Assembly: GCA_012862495.1 (NCBI GenBank)
Contig: BLSG01000235.1
Location: forward strand, 206,152-262,447
Origin: Thraustochytrium aureum
Taxonomy: Eukaryota
Length of the DNA stretch: 56,296 bases
Direction: 5' to 3'
This document shows positions 44,734-56,037 of the stretch, in pieces; positions within the stretch are counted from its first letter, which is position 1; the number at the start of each line of letters is the position of its first letter. The translations under genes were made by a program, and so were the position numbers. Under the pieces are notes generated by a model that saw only the letters and a list, made by a program, of their open reading frames with translations, did not search any database and was not told the DNA's origin.

Positions 44734-45773
44734 TTACTGCTGGCGGCGCCGAAGGCCCTCCGACAGGTTGCGCTGAGCCTCCTCGACGTTGCGCTTGAGC
44801 ACTTCGTCCCCCTTTGACAGGCTCTGCACCTCGGCCTCGAGGCTCGCCATCTCGGCTTTGAGGTCGCCCATGACGCGCGGGCAAGGCTGCATCAAATAGG
44901 CTTTGCCGAGCCGGCGGTACGTGACCACCTGGTCCTCGTTCTTACTGGCGAGCTCCTGCTCGAGCGTCCGCAGGACGATCTGCNNNNNNNNNNNNNNNNN
45001 NNNNNNNNNNNNNNNNNNNNNNNNNNNNNNNNNNNNNNNNNNNNNNNNNNNNNNNNNNNNNNNNNNNNNNNNNNNNNNNNNNNNNNNNNNNNNNNNNNNN
45101 NNNNNNNNNNNNNNNNNNNNNNNNNNNNNNNNNNNNNNNNNNNNNNNNNNNNNNNNNNNNNNNNNNNNNNNNNNNNNNNNNNNNNNNNNNNNNNNNNNNN
45201 NNNNNNNNNNNNNNNNNNNNNNNNNNNNNNNNNNNNNNNNNNNNNNNNNNNNNNNNNNNNNNNNNNNNNNNNNNNNNNNNNNNNNNNNNNNNNNNNNNNN
45301 NNNNNNNNNNNNNNNNNNNNNNNGGCGCTGTTGGACTGCACGGCCTGCTGCACTGCGCTAGCCTGGCTCTGACGCGCGGCCGGCGGGTTGAGCTCTGCCT
45401 TGAGCTCCTTTTCGAGCTTGCGAAAGTCGTTGAGGCCGGTGCGTTTGGCCTTTTTCCCGCTGGTATCCTGGAACAGCGCTTGCCCCTCGCGAACCACGCG
45501 CAGCGCCTCTTCCTTGTTGCCAAGTGCGCGCTCGGCCGTCGCGAGCCTCAGGTATGCCTTGGCAAAGCCAGCGTCAAGCGCGATACACTTTTTGCTATCC
45601 GCGCGCGCCTCCTCGAACTTGTTGAGCGCGAGGAACGCCGCGGCGCGGTTCGCGTACAGCAGGTGGTTCAGCTCATCCGTCTTGATGGCCTGCGAGTACA
45701 GCCCTGCGGCCTTCTCGAACTCGCCTTTGCCGAACGCGGCATTCCCCTCCTCCTTGAGCTTTTCCGCCGCCAT
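44734..45773 (-). CDS. TPR (Hsp70/90 clamp type) domain followed, after a gap, by a prefoldin beta-subunit-like domain
   Basis: MAAEKLKEEGNAAF...LYANRAAAF...AKAYLRLA; after the gap, QIVLRTLEQEL...TYRRLGKAYLMQ...LKAEMASLEAEVQSL...LKRNVEEAQRNLSE. Confidence 0.75.
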
Positions 45774-46532
45774 CCCGTTCGCAACAGCAAAACAACACAG
45801 GCACGCGGCAACAAACGCAGCACAGGCAGCAAGGACAGCAGCGACAACGACAATCGCGTGCAGAGCCCCTCCTCCCTCCGACCGCGCCGCTCTCCTCTCG
45901 CCCCTGCCGATGCGGCTCTGCCCCACAGCCGTTGCCCGCCTGCGCCTCCCACGGCTCGGCCGCCGCGCCCACCTTACCCACATTCCAATATTGAATTCCA
46001 CTACAAAGCCCTCCCTACTGCCATCAAACTATTGACTGTCAGGACTAGAGAGGCGCTAGAGCAGGGGCGCCCTCGATGATTCCTCTGGGGGCCGGGCGCT
46101 GTCCTCGAATCACGCCTGGCGAGAGGATTCGCCCGGCTTCGCTGCCTCGAGAGCGGCGGTTTCCGCCCTCACAGAGCGCCTGTGAGGGGTTGCGCCAACG
46201 GCGGCCCTCCTTCGAGAGGGCGATTATGCGCCGATTGAATGGTTTAAATCGGCGATCGCCTCGGTGGACGCTTGCGCGATTTTGGCTCGCGGCTGTTCTG
46301 TTCCGTGACTTTTGCTTCTGTTTTGTGGTTTTTGAACTTTTGGGGTGGTTTTCTTGCTGGTTTTGTTGGGGCGGTTGTTGTTGCTCGTATCGTGTTTTGT
46401 GAGGTGCTGTGTTTTGAGGTTTTGTTTTTTGTAGAAGTTTTTTGGTGTTGCTGGTTTTGGTCTGTTTTTGGACGAGCAGAGCCGCATTGGAGCTGGCCGC
46501 GGAGGAGGCGAGCAGGGGCTTCGAGCAGCAGG

Positions 46533-47364
46533 ATGGGCAACGTGCCCGGCGGGGGGGGCCCCGGCGGCCCTGGTAAGAAGGATGACAAGTCGAAGAAGAA
46601 GAAAAAGTTCGAGCACCGCGCGCCGACGCGCGTGGGCCGCAAGAAGCGAAAGCGCGGCGTCGCCGTTGCGAGCAAGCTCCCGCAGATCAACCCGAGCGCC
46701 AAGTGCAAACTGAGGCTCGCGAAGATGGAGCGCGTCAAGGACTTTTTGCTGCTGGAGGAAGAGTATATTCGCAACCAGGAAGCGCTCAAGCCCAAGTCGG
46801 TGCAGGACGACGAGGAACACTCCAAGCTGGACGAGCTGCGCGGGTCGCCCATGTCGGTGGGCACTCTCGAGGAGATCATCGACGACAACCACGCCATCGT
46901 GTCGAGCAGCGTAGGCCCAGAATACTATGTCAACATCCTCAGCGTCGTGGACCAAGACCAGCTCGAGCCCGGCGCCTCGGTGCTCTTGCACAACAAGACC
47001 TCGTCTGTGGTGGGCATCCTCACCGACGACACAGACCCGCTCGTCCAAACGATGACGGTCGATAAAGCGCCCAAAGAGACGTTTGCCGACATTGGCGGCC
47101 TGGAAGACCAGATCCAGGAGCTCAAGGAGGCCGTGGAGCTCCCCTTGACCCACCCCGAACTGTACGAAGACATCGGCATCAACCCGCCAAAGGGCGTCAT
47201 CCTGTACGGCCCCCCGGGCACCGGAAAGACGCTGCTGGCCAAGGCGGTGGCAGCGAGCACGCGGGCGACCTTTATGCGCGTCACCGGGTCGGAGCTCGTG
47301 CAAAAGTACCTCGGGGACGGCGCCAAACTGGTGCGTTCCATTTTCGAGAAGGCCAACGAGATGT

Positions 47365-47395
<31 letters not shown>

Positions 47396-47852
47396 CGCGG
47401 TCGGCCGCAAGCGGTACCACACCAACTCGGGCGGCTCCAAGGAGATCCAGCGCACGATGCTCGAGCTGCTCAACCAGCTCGACGGCTTTGACGTCAACAC
47501 GGAGGTCAAGGTGATCATGGCCACCAACCGGATCGACGCGTTGGACCCTGCACTCATCCGCCCAGGCCGCATCGACCGCAAGATCGAGCTTCCGCACCCG
47601 GACGCTAACACGCGGCGCCAGATTTTCCAGCTCTTGACGCAAAAGATGAGCTTGGCCGAGGACGTCGATATCGAGGAGTTTGTTGGCAGCAAGAAGGACA
47701 TGTCTGGGGCCGACATCAAGGCTATGCTTTCAGAGGCCGCGCTGCGCGCGCTGCGCGAGCGCAGGATGAAGGTCACGCAGCAGGACATGCGCGAGGGCCT
47801 TGAGTCGCTCTACTCGAAGGGCAGCGGGATCCCGGAGGGGCTGTACCTCTAG
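46533..47852 (+). CDS. RPT2: 26S proteasome regulatory ATPase subunit Rpt2 (subunit 4)
   Basis: MGNVPGG start, [51 protein letters not shown], and C-terminal HbYX motif EGLYL. Confidence 0.97.
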
Positions 47853-48076
47853 TTTGGGGCGTTTAGCGAGCCGTGAGACCCTTCCTTCGCCGCACTACCA
47901 CACCACAAAACACGATTGAAACAAAAAGAAAGCATTAGGACAAAGTCAAGCGTTGCATCGAGTCGTCTTGGTGCATCGCGAGACAGCCTGCACACACCGC
48001 TACAGGAGTGCGCGGCACTAGCCTCCGGTCGCCGCCCTCGCCCTCGTCAGCGAGCGGGCGGGGCCGCCTCGCCTGG

Positions 48077-49457
48077 TCAGCACTTTAGACCCGAGACGCA
48101 GCAGCTGCTTGCAGCCGCAGGGTAGCTAAAGCCCTTGAGATAGCACGCCGCTTGCGCCTTGACGTAGACCCAGGACATGCACTGCAGGTCGCGCAGGCAC
48201 AAGTCCCTGCAACGCCGGGCGCTGTCGACCTGNNNNNNNNNNNNNNNNNNNNNNNNNNNNNNNNNNNNNNNNNNNNNNNNNNNNNNNNNNNNNNNNNNNN
48301 NNNNNNNNNNNNNNNNNNNNNNNNNNNNNNNNNNNNNNNNNNNNNNNNNNNNNNNNNNNNNNNNNNNNNNNNNNNNNNNNNNNNNNNNNNNNNNNNNNNN
48401 NNNNNNNNNNNNNNNNNNNNNNNNNNNNNNNNNNNNNNNNNNNNNNNNNNNNNNNNNNNNNNNNNNNNNNNNNNNNNNNNNNNNNNNNNNNNNNNNNNNN
48501 NNNNNNNNNNNNNNNNNNNNNNNNNNNNNNNNNNNNNNNNNNNNNNNNNNNNNNNNNNNNNNNNNNNNNNNNNNNNNNNNNNNNNNNNNNNNNNNNNNNN
48601 NNNNNNNNNNNNNNNNNNNNNNNNNNNNNNNNNNNNNNNNNNNNNNNNNNNNNNNNNNNNNNNNNNNNNNNNNNNNNNNNNNNNNNNNNNNNNNNNNNNN
48701 NNNNNNNNNNNNNNNNNNNNNNNNNNNNNNNNNNNNNNNNNNNNNNNNNNNNNNNNNNNNNNNNNNNNNNNNNNNNNNNNNNNNNNNNNNNNNNNNNNNN
48801 NNNNNNNNNNNNNNNNNNNNNNNNNNNNNNNNNNNNNNNNNNNNNNNNNNNNNNNNNNNNNNNNNNNNNNNNNNNNNNNNNNNNNNNNNNNNNNNNNNNN
48901 NNNNNNNNNNNNNNNNNNNNNNNNNNNNNNNNNNNNNNNNNNNNNNNNNNNNNNNNNNNNNNNNNNNNNNNNNNNNNNNNNNNNNNNNNNNNNNNNNNNN
49001 NNNNNNNNNNNNNNNNNNNNNNNNNNNNNNNNNNNNNNNNNNNNNNNNNNNNNNNNNNNNNNNNNNNNNNNNNNNNNNNNNNNNNNNNNNNNNNNNNNNN
49101 NNNNNNNNNNNNNNNNNNNNNNNNNAGCGCGAGCTCCTCCGGCTCCTTCCTGATCACCACTTCCCTCTGCGCCACCTCCCCGCGCCCGTCCCCGCCGGCC
49201 CCGTACGCCTCAGCGAGCGCCGCGGTGCCCTCGCCCGTCCACCAGGCAAGCGCGCCGGCGGCGACCAAGCTGGACACGGCCCAAAAACGCGAGGCGCGCG
49301 AGCAGCCCAACCAGCAAACCCGACAGCGACCTGCCCGGCGCGCCGTCCTTCGACCTGCCGCGCGTCTTATCGCTCTTCGAGCCCATCGCGCTCCTCCGCG
49401 CGCCACCAGCCCGTGCCCCGAGCCGCTCTGCTGCAATGTCGCTCGCTCGCTGTCCAT
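48077..49457 (-). CDS. Probable membrane-anchored protein with a C-terminal PAN/apple domain; middle in gap
   Basis: My translation of 48232-48077 is QVDSARRCRDLCLRDLQCMSWVYVKAQAACYLKGFSYPAAASSCCVSGLKC*. The pre-gap part has hydrophobic FWAVSSLVAAGALAWW. The link across the gap is assumed. Confidence 0.6.
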
Positions 49458-49699
49458 CGCCGCTGTCTCCTGAAACGGCTCTCCTGCGCGTGTGCCCGTG
49501 CACTCGAAAGACCATCTAGGAGGTTGCATTGCACCAGGAATTGCGAATCGAGAGGCCACCGGGTGCTCGCGTTCGATGGCCTGGCCGTGCTGCTTCTGCT
49601 GCTGCTGCGGCCCGCTGCGTGCTTGCGGTGAACGTTTGCTGTGTCGGTGCGGTTGATGCTTGCTACGGAGCGCTTTCTTCCCCCGCGTCGTGCAGCAGC

Positions 49700-50156
49700 G
49701 GGTGAGGTCATGGTCGGCACGGCACCTGAGTACTCTACCACGCGGCGGAGAATCATCTGGTGAGACTGACGGCCGAGAAAATCAGCGAGTGTTCGAGCCG
49801 CTCGTTTGAGGACTTTGGTGATCGAACGGCGGCTGGCTTCCTCGATTGCGTTGCCAGCGGGTTGCTGAACAACTTCACTGTGAGCCTGACTATTACGACG
49901 ACGCTATACCACCGAGGCGTTCTACGTCTGCCACATCCACAGCTGGATGAGCGGCCGCATCAAGGTTCTCGACGCGTCTGGTAAGCAGAAGACCCCCGAG
50001 GACTTTGTGAACCGAGCTCGTCGATCTGAAGCTACCCTCGTAGTCAGTCAGTCATGGGCATTTCGAGTCATCAGTGGAAGGCGGGCGAGCTGGGCGTCAT
50101 CCTTCAAGGTCAACGCCAGGCCAGCTGCAGAAGGCCAGCTGCAGTACTTTACTTGA
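49700..50156 (+). pseudogene. Degraded fragment with a cupredoxin-like C-x2-H-x2-M motif
   Basis: YTTEAFYVCHIHSWMSGRIKVLD at about 49905-49973; neighbouring protein-like pieces lie in other frames with stops. Confidence 0.4.
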
Positions 50157-50269
50157 AGCTAGCTAGAGACAAGGCGATTTTGGCCGATTGCGCAGCAGAG
50201 ATTTGCTGCAAATGCACTCCAACCCAGATGGCGGTGAGAGGAGCTGCGCTGCGTGGCTCGTGGCTCATG

Positions 50270-50726
50270 CTAGTCGAGGTTCGCGAGAGACGCCGGCGCT
50301 GTGAGCACTTTGTACTGCTGGACGTCCAGCAGGCACGCGCAGCTGAAGCGCAAGTTGGCGGGCAGCATCGCTTCTGCGGTGCACGACACTGGGTCAAACG
50401 AGAGGTTGTCGATGACCTGCAGTTTGTTCGGGCCGCAGCGACCCATTCGGTCAAAGAGGAGGTTGCGCGGGACGCCGCCGCCGTCGTCCCTCCACATGCC
50501 GTCCAGCTCGAGCAGCTTGCGATAGATGGACTCGTCTGCGAAGAGAACGATAGCCAGCGCGGGCTCCAGCAGACCGCCGCGCGGCCGCAACAAGTCCTCG
50601 ACAATCGGAGCAAACACCAGCTTTGTGCGCCCAACACCAAGTGCGCTTCGCGGGCTCCACACACCAGCGGCCACGAGGTCTTCTCGGTAGCACTCGCACG
50701 CGACTCGGATCGCCATGACGCGGTTG
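50270..50726 (-). CDS. Hypothetical protein, 3' part (rest in gap)
   Basis: Open, protein-like frame from the gap edge to the stop at 50270; no recognised motif. Confidence 0.4.
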
Positions 50727-51847
50727 CNNNNNNNNNNNNNNNNNNNNNNNNNNNNNNNNNNNNNNNNNNNNNNNNNNNNNNNNNNNNNNNNNNNNNNNNN
50801 NNNNNNNNNNNNNNNNNNNNNNNNNNNNNNNNNNNNNNNNNNNNNNNNNNNNNNNNNNNNNNNNNNNNNNNNNNNNNNNNNNNNNNNNNNNNNNNNNNNN
50901 NNNNNNNNNNNNNNNNNNNNNNNNNNNNNNNNNNNNNNNNNNNNNNNNNNNNNNNNNNNNNNNNNNNNNNNNNNNNNNNNNNNNNNNNNNNNNNNNNNNN
51001 NNNNNNNNNNNNNNNNNNNNNNNNNNNNNNNNNNNNNNNNNNNNNNNNNNNNNNNNNNNNNNNNNNNNNNNNNNNNNNNNNNNNNNNNNNNNNNNNNNNN
51101 NNNNNNNNNNNNNNNNNNNNNNNNNNNNNNNNNNNNNNNNNNNNNNNNNNNNNNNNNNNNNNNNNNNNNNNNNNNNNNNNNNNNNNNNNNNNNNNNNNNN
51201 NNNNNNNNNNNNNNNNNNNNNNNNNNNNNNNNNNNNNNNNNNNNNNNNNNNNNNNNNNNNNNNNNNNNNNNNNNNNNNNNNNNNNNNNNNNNNNNNNNNN
51301 NNNNNNNNNNNNNNNNNNNNNNNNNNNNNNNNNNNNNNNNNNNNNNNNNNNNNNNNNNNNNNNNNNNNNNNNNNNNNNNNNNNNNNNNNNNNNNNNNNNN
51401 NNNNNNNNNNNNNNNNNNNNNNNNNNNNNNNNNNNNNNNNNNNNNNNNNNNNNNNNNNNNNNNNNNNNNNNNNNNNNNNNNNNNNNNNNNNNNNNNNNNN
51501 NNNNNNNNNNNNNNNNNNNNNNNNNNNNNNNNNNNNNNNNNNNNNNNNNNNNNNNNNNNNNNNNNNNNNNNNNNNNNNNNNNNNNNNNNNNNNNNNNNNN
51601 NNNNNNNNNNNNNNNNNNNNNNNNNNNNNNNNNNNNNNNNNNNNNNNNNNNNNNNNNNNNNNNNNNNNNNNNNNNNNNNNNNNNNNNNNNNNNNNNNNNN
51701 NNNNNNNNNNNNNNNNNNNNNNCAGTGCAGCCACACAGTTACGACCCGCTTACGGTACTCTTCCACTGTACTGCGTCCAGGCCATCAGGCAACCAGGAAG
51801 CCCGTGGTCATTCATTCATTCTTGTTTCAATCAATCAACTCAGAGGT

Positions 51848-51920
51848 CAGCCAGGCAGCCAGGCAGGCAGCCAGGCAGCCAGGCAGGCAGGCAGCCAGGC
51901 AGGCAGCCAGGCAGCCAGCA
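51848..51920. repeat. Compound (AGCC/AGGC)n microsatellite just upstream of a gene
   Basis: Visible CAGCCAGGCAGG-type tandem run. Confidence 0.85.
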
Positions 51921-51989
51921 GCCGCGCAAAGACAGCAGAGGTTGGGGCGCGCGTCGTTTTGGCTTTTCTCGGGTCGAGAAAAGCGGACA

Positions 51990-52748
51990 ATGTGGGCCGG
52001 CCCACTCGCGCCGACGCAGCCCGCGCCGGTTGATGAGCTCAAGCTCGAGCCGCGTCGGGTGACTGGCGGCTGCAAAGGCGGGCATCCTCGATGGGCGCCT
52101 TTGGCAAGGCTCGCGCGACGCGACTGGCGGCTCCCAGCGGCCGCAGTGCGGCAACTTGTGCTCGAAGGCGTTATCCAGGGCGCACCGGACGAGGCCGCGC
52201 GGCAAGGCTCGGCATGGGTGGTGGACCTGCTTGTGGAACTGTGCAGGTTTCTCGTGCTCAAGTGGGCCAATGCGCGCCGGCAGAGCCTTCGTGCCTCGCC
52301 CACGGTCGAGTGGGCCTGGCGGGCAATCTTGCTCATCCCAGAGGAGTACGAGGCGATCTGCAAGGATGTGACCGGCGACGCGTTGATCGTGTACGACTTT
52401 CTCAACCCAAAGCGCGACTACTCGGTCACCCTGGAAGAGTACCGAGTCCTGTTCGCGGAAGACCCGCCGCTGACGTTTTGGCCGGCCCACCTTGACTCGA
52501 CGTCCTTTCAGCCGCCAAACAAATTACGAAGCATGCGCGCAGCGTCGAGTCGTCGCTCGTGGCACTGGCAGGCCTTTAACTCGCGCACCAACGGGCTGAT
52601 TGCTGCGTTTGTAGGGCCGATTCGGTGTAGGAGTGAGGAGGAGGCACGCGCGTGGATCCGCACGGGGGTCAGTGCGCTTCGCCAGTCCATCTTCGTCGAC
52701 ATCTCGCCCAGCAGTTCTTTTGGACAGTCGCCGCCGCAGTTCAAGTAG
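51990..52748 (+). CDS. Glycine-rich-domain protein-like (GRDP/DUF1399-type) domain protein, divergent
   Basis: ELCRFLVLK...ASPTVEWAWRAILL...YEAIC...YSVTLEEYRVLFAEDPPLTFWP follows the family pattern. Confidence 0.6.
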   Translation: MWAGPLAPTQPAPVDELKLEPRRVTGGCKGGHPRWAPLARLARRDWRLPAAAVRQLVLEGVIQGAPDEAARQGSAWVVDLLVELCRFLVLKWANARRQSLRASPTVEWAWRAILLIPEEYEAICKDVTGDALIVYDFLNPKRDYSVTLEEYRVLFAEDPPLTFWPAHLDSTSFQPPNKLRSMRAASSRRSWHWQAFNSRTNGLIAAFVGPIRCRSEEEARAWIRTGVSALRQSIFVDISPSSSFGQSPPQFK

Positions 52749-52941
52749 GACCGACTTGTTTCATGAGGGCCGCCGCGCCTGTACTGTAGTTTGTGGTGGC
52801 CGCCCAGCGCGGTTGGGATCAGCGATTGAATCTTTTTTATCAAGAAAAGGGACTTGGAAATTGGAGCGCGGAGGGCCCGGGCGAGTGAAGAGCCGGCAAG
52901 GCGCGCCTGATTGGCTGGCGCTCAAAGACAGACAGTCGTAC

Positions 52942-53889
52942 TCAGTCAAAGTCTTCCGTCTCAAGGCCAAGGAGCGTGTACTCGCCCGTTTTCAGCTTGC
53001 GAGGGTCGGCCCAGCCCAGCGACGGCGGGTCTGCGGCGTTGTCTGACAGCGCCTTCACGAACGCGCCGTTCTCCCAAATCCCTGTCATGACGCGCCCGTT
53101 GGACCATTCGACACGGCCTGGCCCATGCCGTACGTTGCCGCTCCAGCGCCCAGTGTACTCGACGGCGCTGCCGAGATACTCGTGGCGCTCGCGGCCGACG
53201 CCGTCGCGCAGGTCCTTGCGCCACTCGCCGTCATATGTCAGGTGCCTTGCTTTATCGAAGTAAGTGCCGCAGCCGTGCTTTTTCCCAAGTTTCCAGTCTC
53301 CGTAATACCAGTCGCCGTTCTTGTACACCTTTCGGCCGAGCCCGTGGGGAATGAGGCCCGAGCAACAGCCGTGGTAGACGCTGCCGTTCTCGAACCTCAC
53401 TGTGTACATTTGGATCGATAGGTCGCGCGCAGCCGCCAAAGTCCGCAGTTTCCTTTCCTTGCGCTTCTCAGCGGCGTCGAGGTGTTCCAGGGCCTTTGCC
53501 CACCTTGCCTCCTCGGCGCGCTTTCCCTGGAGCTCCATCTCGGTGCCCTCATCCTTGAACTCTGCGACCAGCTCTCCACTCTCCTCGTCCTGCTCGTCCC
53601 AGGCGTCAGCCTTGGCTTCCGCCGCACCTTCGTCCGCGAAGACGGCCCGAGCCCCGATCGAGCTCGCCGCGGACGCCATTCGCAGCAGCTTCGACTTGGT
53701 TGCAGCCCGTTGAAAAGCGCTGGCTATGCTCGCGGCCTGGGCCGTGTCATCAGTCTCACCGCCGCCCAGCAGCTTGGACGGACCTCGCAGGAGCAGCGCG
53801 CCTCGCGTGGCCAGAGTTGTGAGGCGCTTGTCCGCGGCCGCGGCCAGCTGCGCTGCCGCCGCGTGTCCGTCACCCGCCTCGACCTCCAT
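52942..53889 (-). CDS. MORN-repeat protein
   Basis: YHGCCSGLIPHGLGRKVYKNGDWYYGDWKLGKKHGCG, YDGEWRKDLRDGVG, YTGRWSGNVRHGPG. Confidence 0.88.
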   Translation of the reverse strand: MEVEAGDGHAAAAQLAAAADKRLTTLATRGALLLRGPSKLLGGGETDDTAQAASIASAFQRAATKSKLLRMASAASSIGARAVFADEGAAEAKADAWDEQDEESGELVAEFKDEGTEMELQGKRAEEARWAKALEHLDAAEKRKERKLRTLAAARDLSIQMYTVRFENGSVYHGCCSGLIPHGLGRKVYKNGDWYYGDWKLGKKHGCGTYFDKARHLTYDGEWRKDLRDGVGRERHEYLGSAVEYTGRWSGNVRHGPGRVEWSNGRVMTGIWENGAFVKALSDNAADPPSLGWADPRKLKTGEYTLLGLETEDFD

Positions 53890-54652
53890 CTCGTCGCGGC
53901 CGCCGCCCGAGCCGAGGCGCTGCAGGGCACTGCGCCGGCCGCGTGCACTGCAAGAATTGGCGCCAATTCGGTGAGCCCCAACTCGCACATTCTTGCACGT
54001 CTCGGTCATGCACACTTCCTTCCTTTCAACTCTCAAAGCAAAGCGTCCGCGCTCGTCAGGTCAGGTCACGCACGGACGCCAGCCAGCCACACAGCCAGCC
54101 AGAGCAACGACGGTCATCAGCGCCGGCTGCAGAGCAGGGGCGGAGCGATGCCACGATGCAGCACGCCAACGAAACGCAGGAAGGGCGCCACGAAAGGCGC
54201 TCAGCTCTTCCGCGAGTCGGAGCTGGCATGTGAGCAGCAGGCAGTTCAGGCGCTGGCTGGTTGCTCGCGACGGACGATCGATCAACTTGTTCGCTCGCGG
54301 GGGGCGGTGCACGCGGCGCCCATGGGCGTCTTCCGGGCAACTCGGGGCCCAACCCGCACCAGTTNNNNNNNNNNNNNNNNNNNNNNNNNNNNNNNNNNNN
54401 NNNNNNNNNNNNNNNNNNNNNNNNNNNNNNNNNNNNNNNNNNNNNNNNNNNNNNNNNNNNNNNNNNNNNNNNNNNNNNNNNNNNNNNNNNNNNNNNNNNN
54501 NNNNNNNNNNNNNNNNNNNNNNNNNNNNNNNNNNNNNNNNNNNNNNNNNNNNNNNNNNNNNNNNNNNNNNNNNNNNNNNNNNNNNNNNNNNNNNNNNNNN
54601 NNNNNNNNNNNNNNNNNNNNNNNNNNNNNNNNNNNNNNNNNNNNNNNNNNNN

Positions 54653-55148
54653 ATGGCGTCGGCGGTGATGCGCGTCGCAGCGACTGCCGTGGCTGTCGCT
54701 CGGCAGGGCGCCGCGAGCCGCGGCGTTGTGGCGGCCAGCGGCGCCGCGAGCCGGAGCGGGTGGATGCAGGCGAGGGAGCAGCAGGGGTTTGCCTCGTGGA
54801 TGCGGAGCGTGATTGACCGGTTTGCGGCGGGGCCGCCGCAGCTTCAGGTCGCAGCGCTGGGCGGGCTGGAGGCAGTCGGTCCGGCGGAGCAGGGGCGCGG
54901 CATCGTTGACGTGCTGCGGGACATTTGGGGCGAGGGGGATTTTGATGGCCGTTCCGAAGCGCAAGGTGTCGCCGGAGCGGCGGAAGAAGCGCCTGTTCCA
55001 GCGCCGCCTCAAGCCAAAGACAAACTTTAAGATCTGCACCGAGTGTGGGGAATCTCACATGTTGCACCACCTGTGCCCATTTTGTTTTCCCTTCAACAAC
55101 TGGACAATCAAGAAGCATATCTCGCCGCCGAACCGGGTGTTCAAGTGA
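54653..55148 (+). CDS. MRPL32: Mitochondrial ribosomal protein L32 with presequence; frameshift at G run 54934-54938
   Basis: Arg/Ala/Ser-rich presequence, then ILMAVPKRKVSPERRKKR...CTECGESHMLHHLCPFC. Confidence 0.88.
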
Positions 55149-56037
55149 CTTGCGCGCCTGGACGGTGGCGAGCGCGAGCCCGATCGACTAGTGCCCCCAT
55201 CCATTACCAATCCATTTGCGAATGAAAACGGACTTTGCCTGCTTTGCACGCCCTTGCCCTGCCTTCGTGCTCGCTCGCTCCGTCCATCCCTGCCGCGCTC
55301 AGCCCCGCTCAGCGCCGCTCAGCTCACCTCATGGTGCTCGCTCGTCCACGTCATGGCCAGACCCGCAGGAAGGGGCGCAAGTGAGGGCGTGGCCAGTGGC
55401 CCCGGGCCGCGCAAAAAGCTCCGCGGCCCTGCCTTTCATCCGGCCCCTCCAGCTCGTGGCCTCATCGGCACCAGCTCATCCGCGGCGTCAGCGAGACATC
55501 AGCCAGCCCGCCCTAACTTGCCCGCTCGCCACGGTTAGGGTACGACATTGCGGGGAAAGTGCTTGGCACGTTTCCGCGCCGCAACTCCCTGCCCTGTCAA
55601 CCTTTTCCTGCATCCCCAGTTAAATCCACTCTCCCAGCGTCAATCGCGGCTCCTGGAGCGCCGGCCCTCGTTACGTACACGCGCTGTGCGGATCGAGGCG
55701 CTAGGGCGCAGCGAGCTGGCATTTTCCGCTGCGCCACGTCACGAAAGGAACATAGCGAACACCTCCCCTTCAGAGACCACTCCGCACCTAACCCCCCAAC
55801 ACCGTAAAATAAAGACAAGTCGCCAAATCCTACGAGACACGCCATTACACTACGGAAATCCTCTTCCCCGCAGCGCTAAACATCCGTAAACGCGCTGATT
55901 CTTCCGCGAGGCCCCACCGCGAGGCCCCACCGCGCACCCTCACATTCGAGCCCCAGAGAAAGAAAGAAACAGACCAGAAATGATTGCGTCCGTTCTCATC
56001 AGGCTGATCATGTTCTGATGATGACATTCCATCAGCT

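Noticed and set aside
46272..46532. Hydrophobic N-terminal extension on Rpt2 in the ORF track
   Set aside because: It starts at a non-ATG codon in a T/G-rich tract; the MG start typical of Rpt2 is at 46533.
55535..55942. Possible Harbinger-like MITE (TTAGGGTACG...CGCACCCTCA)
   Set aside because: The inverted match is very short and the putative TSDs differ.
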